Below are positions 47,044-55,636 of a stretch of 64,000 nucleotides of DNA, piece by piece. The first letter of the stretch is position 1. Each line of letters starts with the position of its first letter. The stretch comes from a virus. The position numbers were made by a program, and so were the translations under genes. The notes beneath the pieces are model-generated. The model was given only the letters and a program-made list of their open reading frames with translations. It did not search any database and was not told where the DNA came from. The stretch lies in IMG/VR virus record IMGVR_UViG_3300045988_061615; one strand, written 5' to 3'.

Positions 47044-48738
47044 ATGGAAATGAAAGGAGCACAAAGGCCAAGGAGGCCTTACCCTAATGCCGCACGTCAA
47101 AGGCGGGATGAGAATAAACCTAAGTTTGTGGATACTAATCAGTTATTCATAGACCAGTTTGTTAATCTTAAGAAATGTCTTCAGCCACGTACCTACGTGC
47201 AAGTGGCTAAAGATATGTATCCTTTATGGAAAGCTAATCCATTACTATGTACCAAGTTTACTGCATATACGAGGATGATAACTCGTAAATGTAGAATAAC
47301 TACCCCGGAAGGAGTTATACAGCTTGATACACAGCAAGGAGAAGGTTTGAAGAATGAAGGTATAATGAGGATGCTGTGGTTGGCAATCTATCACAAACCC
47401 ACATTCCATGCCAACATTGCTTATTTTGCAGCAGCTGGATGCTGGAAAGATTTCATTACTATGATGGCTTTAGATGTTCAACTCCATGGCTTTAAGCACA
47501 GATTGGATTGGGACTTCTTCAAGAAAGTCATATTCGCAGGTCTTGCCAACGGTCAGACATGTGATTTAGTAAAGAAGTATCTTCCTCGTGTTCGTTCCAG
47601 TGTTGCATGTAAGACAGATGAGGCAAAAGCACGTAACACAGTAGCCAAATTCTTGGCGGAAGGCCTTTATGGTAAACCTAAGGACGAAGGAGACTATTCA
47701 ACCTATCGTAAATATAGGAAGATGAAGAATAGCGGGAAAGCAGCCCAATGGCAGCAGTTAATCAGTCAAAAGAAATTCTTGGAAATTGATTTTGACACTG
47801 TTACTGGAAAGGCGCTGGCACAGCTAGTAGGCTCTAAATTCCTCAAACATCAAGGTCTTAAAGAGAAGTATCAGAACTGGTTGAAGAACCGTAAGAAGCC
47901 CTCTAATAGCGGATTTCTACATACTCTGTTCAAACCATACGGATTGGATAAAATTGCCGAAGAGATTCCAGAATTTATGGAAACTTCTATTAATGCAAGT
48001 TTCAATGTATTTGTTGATAATGCTAAACGCAATAGAGTAGCTCCGTTGTTGGTAGTAAGAGATATAAGTCATTCTGCTAATGGTGAGATAGAGAATAGCG
48101 AAACATCTGCTTACAGTTTGGGTAAAGCATATGCTTTATATCATTCTGAATTACTTCCTACAATATTCAAGAACTCCTATGCCGTGTTAGAGGATAACAT
48201 GGTTCTACGTAAGTTCAAAGGTCAGAATGTCATTGAGAAATGGAAATCTGACAAAGAAGAAGCATTATGCCAGAATCCTTCTATTATTAATATAGCAGAA
48301 ATGCTGTGTAAAATGAAAGAAGATTATGGTGTGGATGAAGGAGAGTTCCCTAGAGGCTGTGTGGTAATTACTAACCATACATATTTTACCAAGTTGAACA
48401 ACCAAGCATTCGTGGAATTTAAGCAAAGACTGCTTAAAGCAAATTTCAGTAAGGAATTTGTAAGAGCATTCAAAGTTATCATTTGGAGAGTTCCTTTAGC
48501 ATATAAGGGAAGACCTAATGTGGCTTTGGTTCCAGGAGTGTCAAATTGCTTCTTAGTAAATGGACTTAATAATTCAACATCCTCATTTATTACTGGAGAG
48601 AAGAGGTTCCAGGTGCCTAAAACCACTAGAGACATCTTTAAGCATGCTATGAATCAAGAGTTGCTTAATATGATGATTCTAGAGAAGGATGTTGTCAAGA
48701 AGAATGCAAGCGTGCAGAAGAAGCCTGTGAAGGCCTAA
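47044..48738 (+). CDS. hypothetical protein (564 aa)
   Basis: Long uninterrupted ORF with a basic N-terminus. Confidence 0.55.
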   Translation: MEMKGAQRPRRPYPNAARQRRDENKPKFVDTNQLFIDQFVNLKKCLQPRTYVQVAKDMYPLWKANPLLCTKFTAYTRMITRKCRITTPEGVIQLDTQQGEGLKNEGIMRMLWLAIYHKPTFHANIAYFAAAGCWKDFITMMALDVQLHGFKHRLDWDFFKKVIFAGLANGQTCDLVKKYLPRVRSSVACKTDEAKARNTVAKFLAEGLYGKPKDEGDYSTYRKYRKMKNSGKAAQWQQLISQKKFLEIDFDTVTGKALAQLVGSKFLKHQGLKEKYQNWLKNRKKPSNSGFLHTLFKPYGLDKIAEEIPEFMETSINASFNVFVDNAKRNRVAPLLVVRDISHSANGEIENSETSAYSLGKAYALYHSELLPTIFKNSYAVLEDNMVLRKFKGQNVIEKWKSDKEEALCQNPSIINIAEMLCKMKEDYGVDEGEFPRGCVVITNHTYFTKLNNQAFVEFKQRLLKANFSKEFVRAFKVIIWRVPLAYKGRPNVALVPGVSNCFLVNGLNNSTSSFITGEKRFQVPKTTRDIFKHAMNQELLNMMILEKDVVKKNASVQKKPVKA

Positions 48739-48901
48739 GTATTTCGCGCACCGTTTATTTAATAGTTGAATTAATGTTCTGATTGGATAGAAGATAGATT
48801 TCATTATGCATGGAGAAGAGCGCATATTTGGTATAGTAATCTTTGTGCATATCTAGTAACACTAGGTGGGAATTTATTGGATGATTCCATAGGGACTGGA
48901 T

Positions 48902-48975
48902 AGAGATATAGTTCAGTGGTAGAACAGCTAAAGTCAATCTTTAGAAGAACATCAGTTCGAATCTGGTTATCTCTA
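48902..48975 (+). tRNA. noncanonical class-I tRNA, anticodon CAA (identity unclear)
   Basis: Acceptor AGAGATA/TATCTCT. D-arm GTTC-AGTGGTA-GAAC. Anticodon arm CTAAA-GTCAATC-TTTAG. T-arm ATCAG-TTCGAAT-CTGGT. 2 nt at position 26 and a 6-nt variable loop. Confidence 0.45.
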
Positions 48976-49078
48976 CACCATTTTATTAATATGATTCTTT
49001 CAACATATGCAGTGTCATTTCTATCTCGACTCATAGTCATTATTACGAGTTAAAGTATCTGCAATTGTTGAATAACTA

Positions 49079-49114
49079 CTAAGCTCATCGGTTCGAGAGA
49101 ATATGTGAGCTTAG
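49079..49114 (+). repeat. conserved-loop hairpin, copy 1 (loop TCGGTTCGAGAGAATATG)
   Basis: 9-bp stem CTAAGCTCA/TGAGCTTAG. Member of a four-copy family with the same loop consensus and different stems. Confidence 0.55.
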
Positions 49115-49225
49115 TTTAATACCGAGCAAACTTCTATCGTATTTAATACATATTAACTTTTACATGTGGGGAAGATTCATTACCTTTGCACTCACAATTC
49201 ACAGTTAATATGGATTGTGTGATTC

Positions 49226-49309
49226 GGGCACGTAACCGGTAATTGGTAGCCGCGTAGACTGTAAATCTACTCCTTAATTGGACTGGAGGTTCGAGTCCTC
49301 CCGGGCCCA
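49226..49309 (+). tRNA. tRNA-Tyr (GTA), type II
   Basis: Acceptor GGGCACG/CGGGCCC with one A.G mismatch. Anticodon arm GTAGA-CTGTAAA-TCTAC. Long variable arm. T-arm GGAGG-TTCGAGT-CCTCC. Confidence 0.6.
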
Positions 49310-49362
49310 CTCACACTGCGATAATTAAATACAATATCTGTTGAGGTCAAACTCGACAAACC

Positions 49363-49390
49363 CTTCTATGGTTCGAGAGAATAGTAGAAG
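49363..49390 (+). repeat. conserved-loop hairpin, copy 2 (loop TGGTTCGAGAGAATAG)
   Basis: 6-bp stem CTTCTA/TAGAAG. Confidence 0.55.
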
Positions 49391-49396
49391 TAAACT

Positions 49397-49468
49397 GCGG
49401 GATTCGTATAATGGTTATTATAACAGCCTTCCAAGCTGAAGATGACAGTTCAATTCTGTTATCCCGCT
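49397..49468 (+). tRNA. tRNA-Gly (TCC)
   Basis: Acceptor GCGGGAT/ATCCCGC. Anticodon loop CTTCCAA. T-arm GACAG-TTCAATT-CTGTT. Confidence 0.7.
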
Positions 49469-51044
49469 CATTATTAATAATAGATTAGATTATGAAAGAG
49501 ACATCATTTAAGGCAGGTGTTATTGGTGGATTATGTGGAGTATTTACCTTCTTGGCATTATTTGCAACCACAAGTAAAGCATCAATTAATGAGTCTGCTG
49601 CTACTAATGGAGATTATAAAATCAACAGAGTGCAGTATGAATTTATTAACGAACTAACCATTTATAAGGTATCAGGTCCTGGTATTCCAGGTATTAAGTA
49701 TGTGCTTAGAGATTCCGAGAAAGGTGGTTTATGTGTATTAAATCCATGAGTGAACACTGTCTTATTAAGAAGAATACTCCAGAACTTCGTAAGAAACTAG
49801 AGGATGCTGGGTTAAGTGTGTGTATATGTACTACATTTGAGGATGCTGATTGGCTTAGTTGCTGGGGTTCTCATATGTCATATGATGTACATGGTGTGTA
49901 TCCGGATGACGTGGACGATTTGTCTAAAGAAGCCTATCTGGAGATGTATCTCAAGGAAACGAATCCGATTATATGTGAATCGGATGATGAGTTTATTAAC
50001 ATGTGTAAACAAATTAAAGGGAAATGATTATGCGGTAGATTACTTACAAGCCACCATAAGATAGTTGATTATTAATTAAGGCAATTTATTTATTAACTTA
50101 TTAACAATTAACTATCATGGCAACAATTAAACAATTTAAACAAGAAATCGCGAATTTAGTAAAAGCACAGAAAGCAGCTAAGAATATTAATGACTGCTCA
50201 TCAGTTTATTACAACAGAGGAAGATTACATGCAATGTATGTAGCTTATTACATATTAAAGCATAAACTAATCGGAGAAGCTATGGATGAGTATCTCGCTA
50301 AAGTTATCAAAGAATGGAAATCACTTGAAACTCAAGGTTGGTGTGGTTATTCTAAGATGTATAGTGGAGAGAAGTATTTCCGAGAAAGAGTTGATTCACT
50401 GATTGATACATATTCTGATGAAGAGATTGTATGTGCTGATAGACCAGAAGCTTGATGCAGTTTATGGTTGTGTACAAGGAGGTCATGCAGTAGCGCAGTG
50501 GTTATTAGAACATCCTAAGCAGGATTGGAATAATAACTACTTAATCTACTTATATGCTGACTTGGACAAATGGAAAGTAAGACTGGACTTAGTTAATAAG
50601 GACTATTCTTCATTCTATGAACCAGACCTTGGCAATCAATTAACAGCAATCGCATTACAAGATGACGGTCGCATGTTCAAGAAACTTAAATTAGTAAGAG
50701 AATGATATACAAACGAGATTATTATGTCAGTATAGGTGACGAACAGGTAATTATTACTAAGAACGCCATTATGCCATATAATGTAATGGAGCCTAGAAAC
50801 AAATACTTTTATAAAGTTGGAGATAAGGTTTTAACTCCGTTCGGGATACAAACTATTAAGGACATTATAAAGGATTATAGTTCTCAACCAGGTCATGAAT
50901 GGATTATCCTAGTAGAGGAGAATGGCAATCAGTATAAGCCGTGTGAGTTAATTGGCATAGTAGTCAAGGAACTTACACTTGAACAGTGGAATCAAATTAT
51001 CGAATAGTTGATGAGTTGTGGGTAATCTCGTAAAACCCTCTGTC

Positions 51045-51116
51045 GCCCCATTACTTCAGTGGTAGAAGAGCAAATTCTAAACTTGTATGGCGTTGGTTCG
51101 AGTCCAACATGGGGCA
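51045..51116 (+). tRNA. suppressor tRNA, anticodon CTA (reads UAG)
   Basis: Acceptor GCCCCAT/ATGGGGC. D-arm CTTC-AGTGGTA-GAAG. Anticodon arm GCAAA-TTCTAAA-CTTGT. T-arm GTTGG-TTCGAGT-CCAAC. Confidence 0.7.
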
Positions 51117-51118
51117 CT

Positions 51119-51197
51119 TGCGGAGGAATGAAACGGATATATAAATCATACTAGTCTCATAAGCTAGTTATATTGGGTTCGACTCCCATCTCCGCAA
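51119..51197 (+). tRNA. tRNA-Met/Ile2 (CAT) with enlarged D-loop
   Basis: Acceptor TGCGGAG/CTCCGCA. D-stem ATGA/TCAT with a 14-nt loop. Anticodon arm CTAGT-CTCATAA-GCTAG. T-loop TTCGACT. Confidence 0.5.
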
Positions 51198-51297
51198 CTA
51201 CAATCATTGTACATTTGCATTTTCAGAATGTTAAGAAGACACACAGCAATTTCCTGTATGTTGGCATAAGTAAATGAATCTATTGTCTTCTGATGAT

Positions 51298-51370
51298 GGG
51301 TGTATAACTCAGGTGGTAGAGTAACACGCTGATAACGTGTAAGTCCTTGGTTCAAGTCCAAGTACACCCA
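51298..51370 (+). tRNA. tRNA-Ile (GAT)
   Basis: Acceptor GGGTGTA/TACACCC. D-arm ACTC-AGGTGGTA-GAGT. Anticodon arm ACACG-CTGATAA-CGTGT. T-arm CTTGG-TTCAAGT-CCAAG. Confidence 0.85.
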
Positions 51371-51472
51371 CAATACAACAATTTTCAATAGCTTTGAATA
51401 AGAAGTCTTACGGCACGAAAGAAAGTGTTTCATATTTTATGATTTTAATTAAACTAAGAGACTTCTGTAGTC

Positions 51473-51545
51473 CGGGATGTAGTTCAGTAGATAGAATGCG
51501 TGGTTTGGGACCACGAGGTCGCTGGTTTGAATCCAGTCATCCCGA
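51473..51545 (+). tRNA. tRNA-Pro (TGG)
   Basis: Acceptor CGGGATG/CATCCCG. Anticodon arm CGTGG-TTTGGGA-CCACG. T-arm GCTGG-TTTGAAT-CCAGT. Confidence 0.85.
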
Positions 51546-51600
51546 CCCCCTGTAGCATCCAAGAGAGGATGCTGATAATCCCATAATAGCAAATATGGAC

Positions 51601-51630
51601 AACTACTCAGTTCGTGAGAATAGAGTAGTT
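51601..51630 (+). repeat. conserved-loop hairpin, copy 3 (loop AGTTCGTGAGAATA)
   Basis: 8-bp stem AACTACTC/GAGTAGTT. Confidence 0.55.
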
Positions 51631-51770
51631 TTAATAAGAACCATAATTAACACAATAATATATAGTTTCACTAAACAATCATCAAATCAACTCAACAATC
51701 AACCCAACAACTTTTAATTTATGATTTGATTAACCTGTTTCATAGTTAAGCCCATAAGTCGTATTGATAT

Positions 51771-51842
51771 GTGGGCTTGCCCGAGAGGTTTAGGGGCTGG
51801 TCTGCAAAACCAGTTAGGACGGTTCGATTCCGTCAGCCCACT
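51771..51842 (+). tRNA. tRNA-Cys (GCA)
   Basis: Acceptor GTGGGCT/AGCCCAC. Anticodon arm CTGGT-CTGCAAA-ACCAG. T-arm GACGG-TTCGATT-CCGTC. Confidence 0.8.
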
Positions 51843-51925
51843 CTCGATTTAGTGAAACATAAGAAGGCGTACAGCACTAATCATTGTACAGTTTACATGT
51901 TTTTGATAACGCGCCTTCTGTGGAT

Positions 51926-51997
51926 GATTCCGGAGCATGTATGGATATGCTATAGACTTTTAATCTATAGAACAGGGTTCAAGTCCCTGCGGAATCA
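51926..51997 (+). tRNA. tRNA-Lys (TTT)
   Basis: Acceptor GATTCCG/CGGAATC. D-arm GCAT..ATGC. Anticodon arm ATAGA-CTTTTAA-TCTAT. T-arm CAGGG-TTCAAGT-CCCTG. Confidence 0.85.
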
Positions 51998-52037
51998 CAT
52001 ATGTACTAAGATTGTACATGATGTCAAAGAACGAGTT

Positions 52038-52070
52038 TAACCACTCAGTCTGTGAAGATAGAGTGGTTTA
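52038..52070 (+). repeat. conserved-loop hairpin, copy 4 (loop AGTCTGTGAAGATA)
   Basis: 10-bp stem TAAACCACTC/GAGTGGTTTA. Confidence 0.5.
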
Positions 52071-52102
52071 TTTAGATTATTAATTTAAAATCAGATACAT
52101 TT

Positions 52103-52246
52103 ATGAGTAAGATTATTGGAGTATTGTTAGTAATTGGTTCTGTTATAGGAACAGTTGCTTGTATAGCTCAACATCAATTTAATCCATTCACTGGAGTATT
52201 GTTGTTGCTAGTATTTTGCTTTGGTTGCTGTTTAGCGATGAGCTAG
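52103..52246 (+). CDS. micro-ORF encoding a 47-aa two-transmembrane-helix peptide
   Basis: MSKIIGVLLVIGSVIGTVACIAQHQFNPFTGVLLLLVFCFGCCLAMS. Lies between tRNA genes. Confidence 0.3.
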   Translation: MSKIIGVLLVIGSVIGTVACIAQHQFNPFTGVLLLLVFCFGCCLAMS

Positions 52247-52422
52247 ATTATTTATTTATTGACTAAAACTGATGTATTATGAGACTATTTAAGTTAATTA
52301 AGAAAGCAGTTCGTTGGTATTTTAGAATAGCTGCAAATAGCTATGCTTGGACACCAACAGGAGTAGTTCCTTACCATAGGGATTAACTCCGATGCAATCG
52401 GGATAGGTCAATTAAACATTAT

Positions 52423-52494
52423 GGCAAGTTAGCTCAGTGGTAGAGCAGTTGGCTGTTAACCAATTGGTCGCAGGTTCGAGTCCTGCACTTGCCG
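52423..52494 (+). tRNA. tRNA-Asn (GTT)
   Basis: Acceptor GGCAAGT/ACTTGCC. D-arm GCTC-AGTGGTA-GAGC. Anticodon arm GTTGG-CTGTTAA-CCAAT. T-arm GCAGG-TTCGAGT-CCTGC. Confidence 0.85.
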
Positions 52495-52608
52495 CATTAT
52501 TAACATTAAATTATAAGATTATGCATAGTTTTGGTGCTTACATTGTGGGAGCTATAGTGCTAGTAGTATTGTATTACATCTTTAAAGATTCCACAATCTA
52601 AAATTGAT

Positions 52609-52683
52609 GCGTCCTTAGCTCAATCGGTAGAGCCCCTGTCTCCAAAACTGGGTGTGTTGCATGTTCGAGTCGTGCAGGGCGTG
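52609..52683 (+). tRNA. tRNA-Trp (CCA)
   Basis: Acceptor GCGTCCT/AGGGCGT with two G.U pairs. Anticodon loop CTCCAAA with one T.T mismatch in the stem. T-arm GCATG-TTCGAGT-CGTGC. 7-nt variable loop. Confidence 0.6.
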
Positions 52684-52729
52684 CATGGTAGAAAATAGAT
52701 AGGTTATCTATTAATTAGAATTACTAAAT

Positions 52730-53137
52730 GTGAAGTGTTCCGTATGTGGAAAGCAATTAAGTGCTGGTAATCAATCTGGATTATGTCAAGAATGTTACCG
52801 TAAGAAAGTAAACGAAGATAAGATTGCAAAGTGGAAAGAGACTGGAGATACTGGATGTAAAGTTTCAACTACGCTTAGAAATTGTATCAGAGATTATATT
52901 GCAGATAAACAGGAACACAAGTGTGCTATATGTGGTATAGATAGTGTATGGCAGGGCAAGCCCCTGAACTTTATACTTGACCATATAAACGGAGATGCTT
53001 CTAACAACTGGGAACATAATTTACGATTAATATGTCCTAACTGTGATTCACAGTTGGACACTTATAAGTCTAAGAATAAGAACAGTGCTAGAACACATAG
53101 AAAGAAATATCAAGGAAGTATGCCGGAGCCAGGTTGA
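52730..53137 (+). CDS. HNH endonuclease with N-terminal zinc ribbon; 3' end reads into tRNA-Ser
   Basis: 135-aa ORF. LDHINGDASNNWEHNLRLICPNCDS is a classic HNH core. The last 8 codons are encoded by the 5' part of tRNA-Ser(TGA). Confidence 0.65.
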   Translation: MKCSVCGKQLSAGNQSGLCQECYRKKVNEDKIAKWKETGDTGCKVSTTLRNCIRDYIADKQEHKCAICGIDSVWQGKPLNFILDHINGDASNNWEHNLRLICPNCDSQLDTYKSKNKNSARTHRKKYQGSMPEPG

Positions 53138-53200
53138 ACGGAACGGACTTGAAATCCGTAGGCCCTTCGGGGTCCGGGGGTTCGAATCCCTCTGCTTCCT
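53114..53200 (+). tRNA. tRNA-Ser (TGA), type II
   Basis: Acceptor GGAAGTA/TGCTTCC. D-arm carries the ATGCCGGAG signature. Anticodon arm ACGGA-CTTGAAA-TCCGT. Long variable arm GGCCC..GGGTC. T-arm GGGGG-TTCGAAT-CCCTC. Confidence 0.8.
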
Positions 53201-53219
53201 CAACTAATTTGAATGTACT

Positions 53220-53543
53220 ATGAAGTTTAAAGTGAAATTAAGGAGAGTGTCTACGTTAAGTAGAAACCAAATTTGTAGAGTGTACGAATCTGGAATGCGA
53301 GAAATGGTAAAACGTCCCACATTAGTTAGAGTCCTTCTTAAGGATTACAAAACTAAAGAAGATGTTAATGCTTTACTTGAGCAATTAAGCGAAGCAAGTA
53401 GAGCCGCTGAACAGGATTTATATGCAGAGTACCCAAAGTTGCCCAGAAAGGCTAAGAAGGAACTCAAGAAAAGGTTGAATGCAGTCAATAATGCCTATTG
53501 TGTTGGTATTACTTTATTGCTGGCTGAATCAGATGGCTTATAA
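53220..53543 (+). CDS. hypothetical protein
   Basis: 107-aa ORF. Confidence 0.45.
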   Translation: MKFKVKLRRVSTLSRNQICRVYESGMREMVKRPTLVRVLLKDYKTKEDVNALLEQLSEASRAAEQDLYAEYPKLPRKAKKELKKRLNAVNNAYCVGITLLLAESDGL

Positions 53544-53826
53544 ATTCATACCTACTCGATATGTAGACAATAACTCCAAGTTGTTGGCAAGAATTTACTT
53601 AAATAGACAAAATTCTCGCCGAGTGGTATTACGAGGATACTATGATTTTGATAAAGAGAAGTTTTACATTTCATCTATATCAAAGAAGGCTAATACAAGG
53701 TCTGTGATGAAGTTCTTACTAAAGACTATAGAATGTAGTAGATTTCATTGGGAGTATTCAGGTAACTATGATGATAAGCTCTATCAAGAGTGGTTAAAGG
53801 AACATGCAGTATTTAATAGATTGTAA
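53479..53826 (+). CDS. hypothetical protein
   Basis: 115-aa ORF. The true start is probably an internal ATG, because the ORF overlaps the previous gene. Confidence 0.4.
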   Translation: MQSIMPIVLVLLYCWLNQMAYKFIPTRYVDNNSKLLARIYLNRQNSRRVVLRGYYDFDKEKFYISSISKKANTRSVMKFLLKTIECSRFHWEYSGNYDDKLYQEWLKEHAVFNRL

Positions 53827-53919
53827 AATTATCGTATGAAAGGAATTAATTTAACAGGATTGGACATGAAGAAGTTTGTTGGAACCGGCTACAACCCGTC
53901 TCAAGACATTATTAACACT

Positions 53920-54226
53920 AATGGTAGAGACGATGGAAGAACTAAGAACGGAGAGACTGAAGGATTCACTAATCCAAAGAAACAAAAGGTGGAGGAACCT
54001 AAAGAAAGACCAGAAGTATATTACTAGGATTAAACTCCACGCTGCCTACTGGTATAATCCAGATAAAACGGCAAGAGGTAGACATTGGACAGAATTATAT
54101 AATTCTAAATATACGTTTGCCTATAAAACAACCAGCACTCCTTGTAATTGTCCTATATGTAAAGGAGAACGCTATAATAGGAGACAGTTTAAGAAAGAGA
54201 CAAGAGAATTACTTAATCTAGAATAA
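53920..54226 (+). CDS. basic zinc-ribbon protein (CNCPICKG)
   Basis: Frame of track ORF 53876..54226, taken from the first ATG. Overlaps the alternative-frame ORF 53836..54027, so one of the two is probably spurious. Confidence 0.35.
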
Positions 54227-54296
54227 CTGAATGGGTAATATAAGAAGGCATCAGCACTTTTACTGTGTCATGTAGTTCAATTTGCCTTCTGATGAT

Positions 54297-54369
<73 letters not shown>

Positions 54370-54375
54370 CTAATA

Positions 54376-54687
54376 GTGGTTAACATGATTGGGTTCGTAG
54401 AGTATTTAATTAGTAAAGGGTATAAACCTTATCGCAAGGTAATGTCTAAGAAGGGTTCTACATATGTAGAGGATTCTAATATAGGATTTTATTCTTCTAT
54501 GTCAGAGCATATTGACCTTCGTCTTATTAAAGGTAAGAAGGAAGTAGTGTATGGATTACATGAGAGAGGACATTCTCCTACTCTTATATATCCTAGACCT
54601 AAATGGGTTAAATCTGATGCAGATATGGATAGACTATTTCTGAATTATTCATTTGAAGAAATTGCTGAAATGATAGGTTTAAAATAG
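54376..54687 (+). CDS. hypothetical protein
   Basis: 103-aa ORF. Confidence 0.45.
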   Translation: MVNMIGFVEYLISKGYKPYRKVMSKKGSTYVEDSNIGFYSSMSEHIDLRLIKGKKEVVYGLHERGHSPTLIYPRPKWVKSDADMDRLFLNYSFEEIAEMIGLK

Positions 54688-54874
54688 TGCACAATGAGGA
54701 GGGTATGCATGTAGAGTTCTATAACATGCTATGGGTTGGAGTCGGAGACTGACAAGAACAGTTGGGGCATGACTAAGTAATTGTGCATTTTATAGGTTAT
54801 CAGACCGGTAGGTAACCTTCCGTAATCAGTCGGACGTTGGGAGCTGATAGCCCTACGATAGTGTGGCTAAATAT

Positions 54875-54947
54875 GGGCTGTGTAGTGTAAATGGCTAACA
54901 CATCACTCTTGCACAGTGAAGTTGGAGTTCGAGTCTCACACGGTCCA
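54875..54947 (+). tRNA. tRNA-Ala (TGC)-like, imperfect T-stem
   Basis: Acceptor GG(G)CTGT(G)/..ACGGTCC. D-arm GTGT..ACAC. Anticodon arm TCACT-CTTGCAC-AGTGA. T-loop TTCGAGT with only 3-4 stem pairs. Confidence 0.5.
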
Positions 54948-54975
54948 CAGATTGTTGAACTTAAATTGAAAGGTA

Positions 54976-55554
54976 ATGAATCGAGAAGAATTAGAAGATT
55001 TGAAAATAACCAAGATTAGTGAAGAGGAATATGAACGCCTTAAAGATTCAGACGAAGGAGAAGCTATGGAAGTGTCAATTGATTCATTAAAAGCTGAACA
55101 AGAGAAGCTAAAAGAGTCAGCATCATTACTTGATGAAGCAAAGAAGGCATTTTCAGCTTATTGGTTCTTACTGTCCCTCTTTGTAGGACAGAATCTATGT
55201 TTGGGTGTTGTATTGTGTCAAATCTATTCAGCATGGTCTAAAGGAGAACCCCTCGGATTTATGGTACTATGTGCCATATCAATAATAGTGGCTGCTTCAT
55301 ATTCATGGAATGCAATAAGACCATATCGAGAACGATATAAGAACTATAAACAAGTTCGCACTGCTTATAGTCGTCTGGTTGAAGCTAATAGAGCTGTGTT
55401 GGAATTACTGGAATATGTAGAATCTAAGCCCAAAGAAGAAAGAGCTGAAGAAGCCGAAGAGTTAGCAGAGCCAGTAGTTATGGCTGTAGCTGAACTATTC
55501 TTTGCTAGAATGGCATACACTAGGGCACTAAAAGAAGGATTAGAGTTGCAATAA
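54976..55554 (+). CDS. membrane protein with coiled-coil termini
   Basis: 192-aa ORF. Central hydrophobic segments (FLLSLFVGQNLCLGVVL, FMVLCAISIIVAA) are flanked by E/K-rich helices. Confidence 0.5.
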   Translation: MNREELEDLKITKISEEEYERLKDSDEGEAMEVSIDSLKAEQEKLKESASLLDEAKKAFSAYWFLLSLFVGQNLCLGVVLCQIYSAWSKGEPLGFMVLCAISIIVAASYSWNAIRPYRERYKNYKQVRTAYSRLVEANRAVLELLEYVESKPKEERAEEAEELAEPVVMAVAELFFARMAYTRALKEGLELQ

Positions 55555-55562
55555 CTCAATAT

Positions 55563-55636
55563 GGTGGCATTAGCTCAATTGGCAGAGCATTAGGTTGTGG
55601 TTCTAAGGGTTACGAGTTCAAGTCTCGTATGTCACC
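55563..55636 (+). tRNA. tRNA-His (GTG) with encoded G-1
   Basis: G-1 plus acceptor GTGGCAT/ATGTCAC with discriminator C. Anticodon arm TTAGG-TTGTGGT-TCTAA. T-arm ACGAG-TTCAAGT-CTCGT. Confidence 0.8.

Noticed and set aside
51164-52040. Track ORFs 51164..51433 (-) and 51771..52040 (+)
   Set aside because: Both span several well-folded tRNA genes (Met, Ile, Cys, Lys). They are artefacts of an ORF-free tRNA array.
49079-52070. CRISPR array interpretation of the repeated hairpins in the tRNA region
   Set aside because: The repeats have different stems, irregular spacing from hundreds of bp to kb, and no direct-repeat and spacer periodicity. They are not a CRISPR array.
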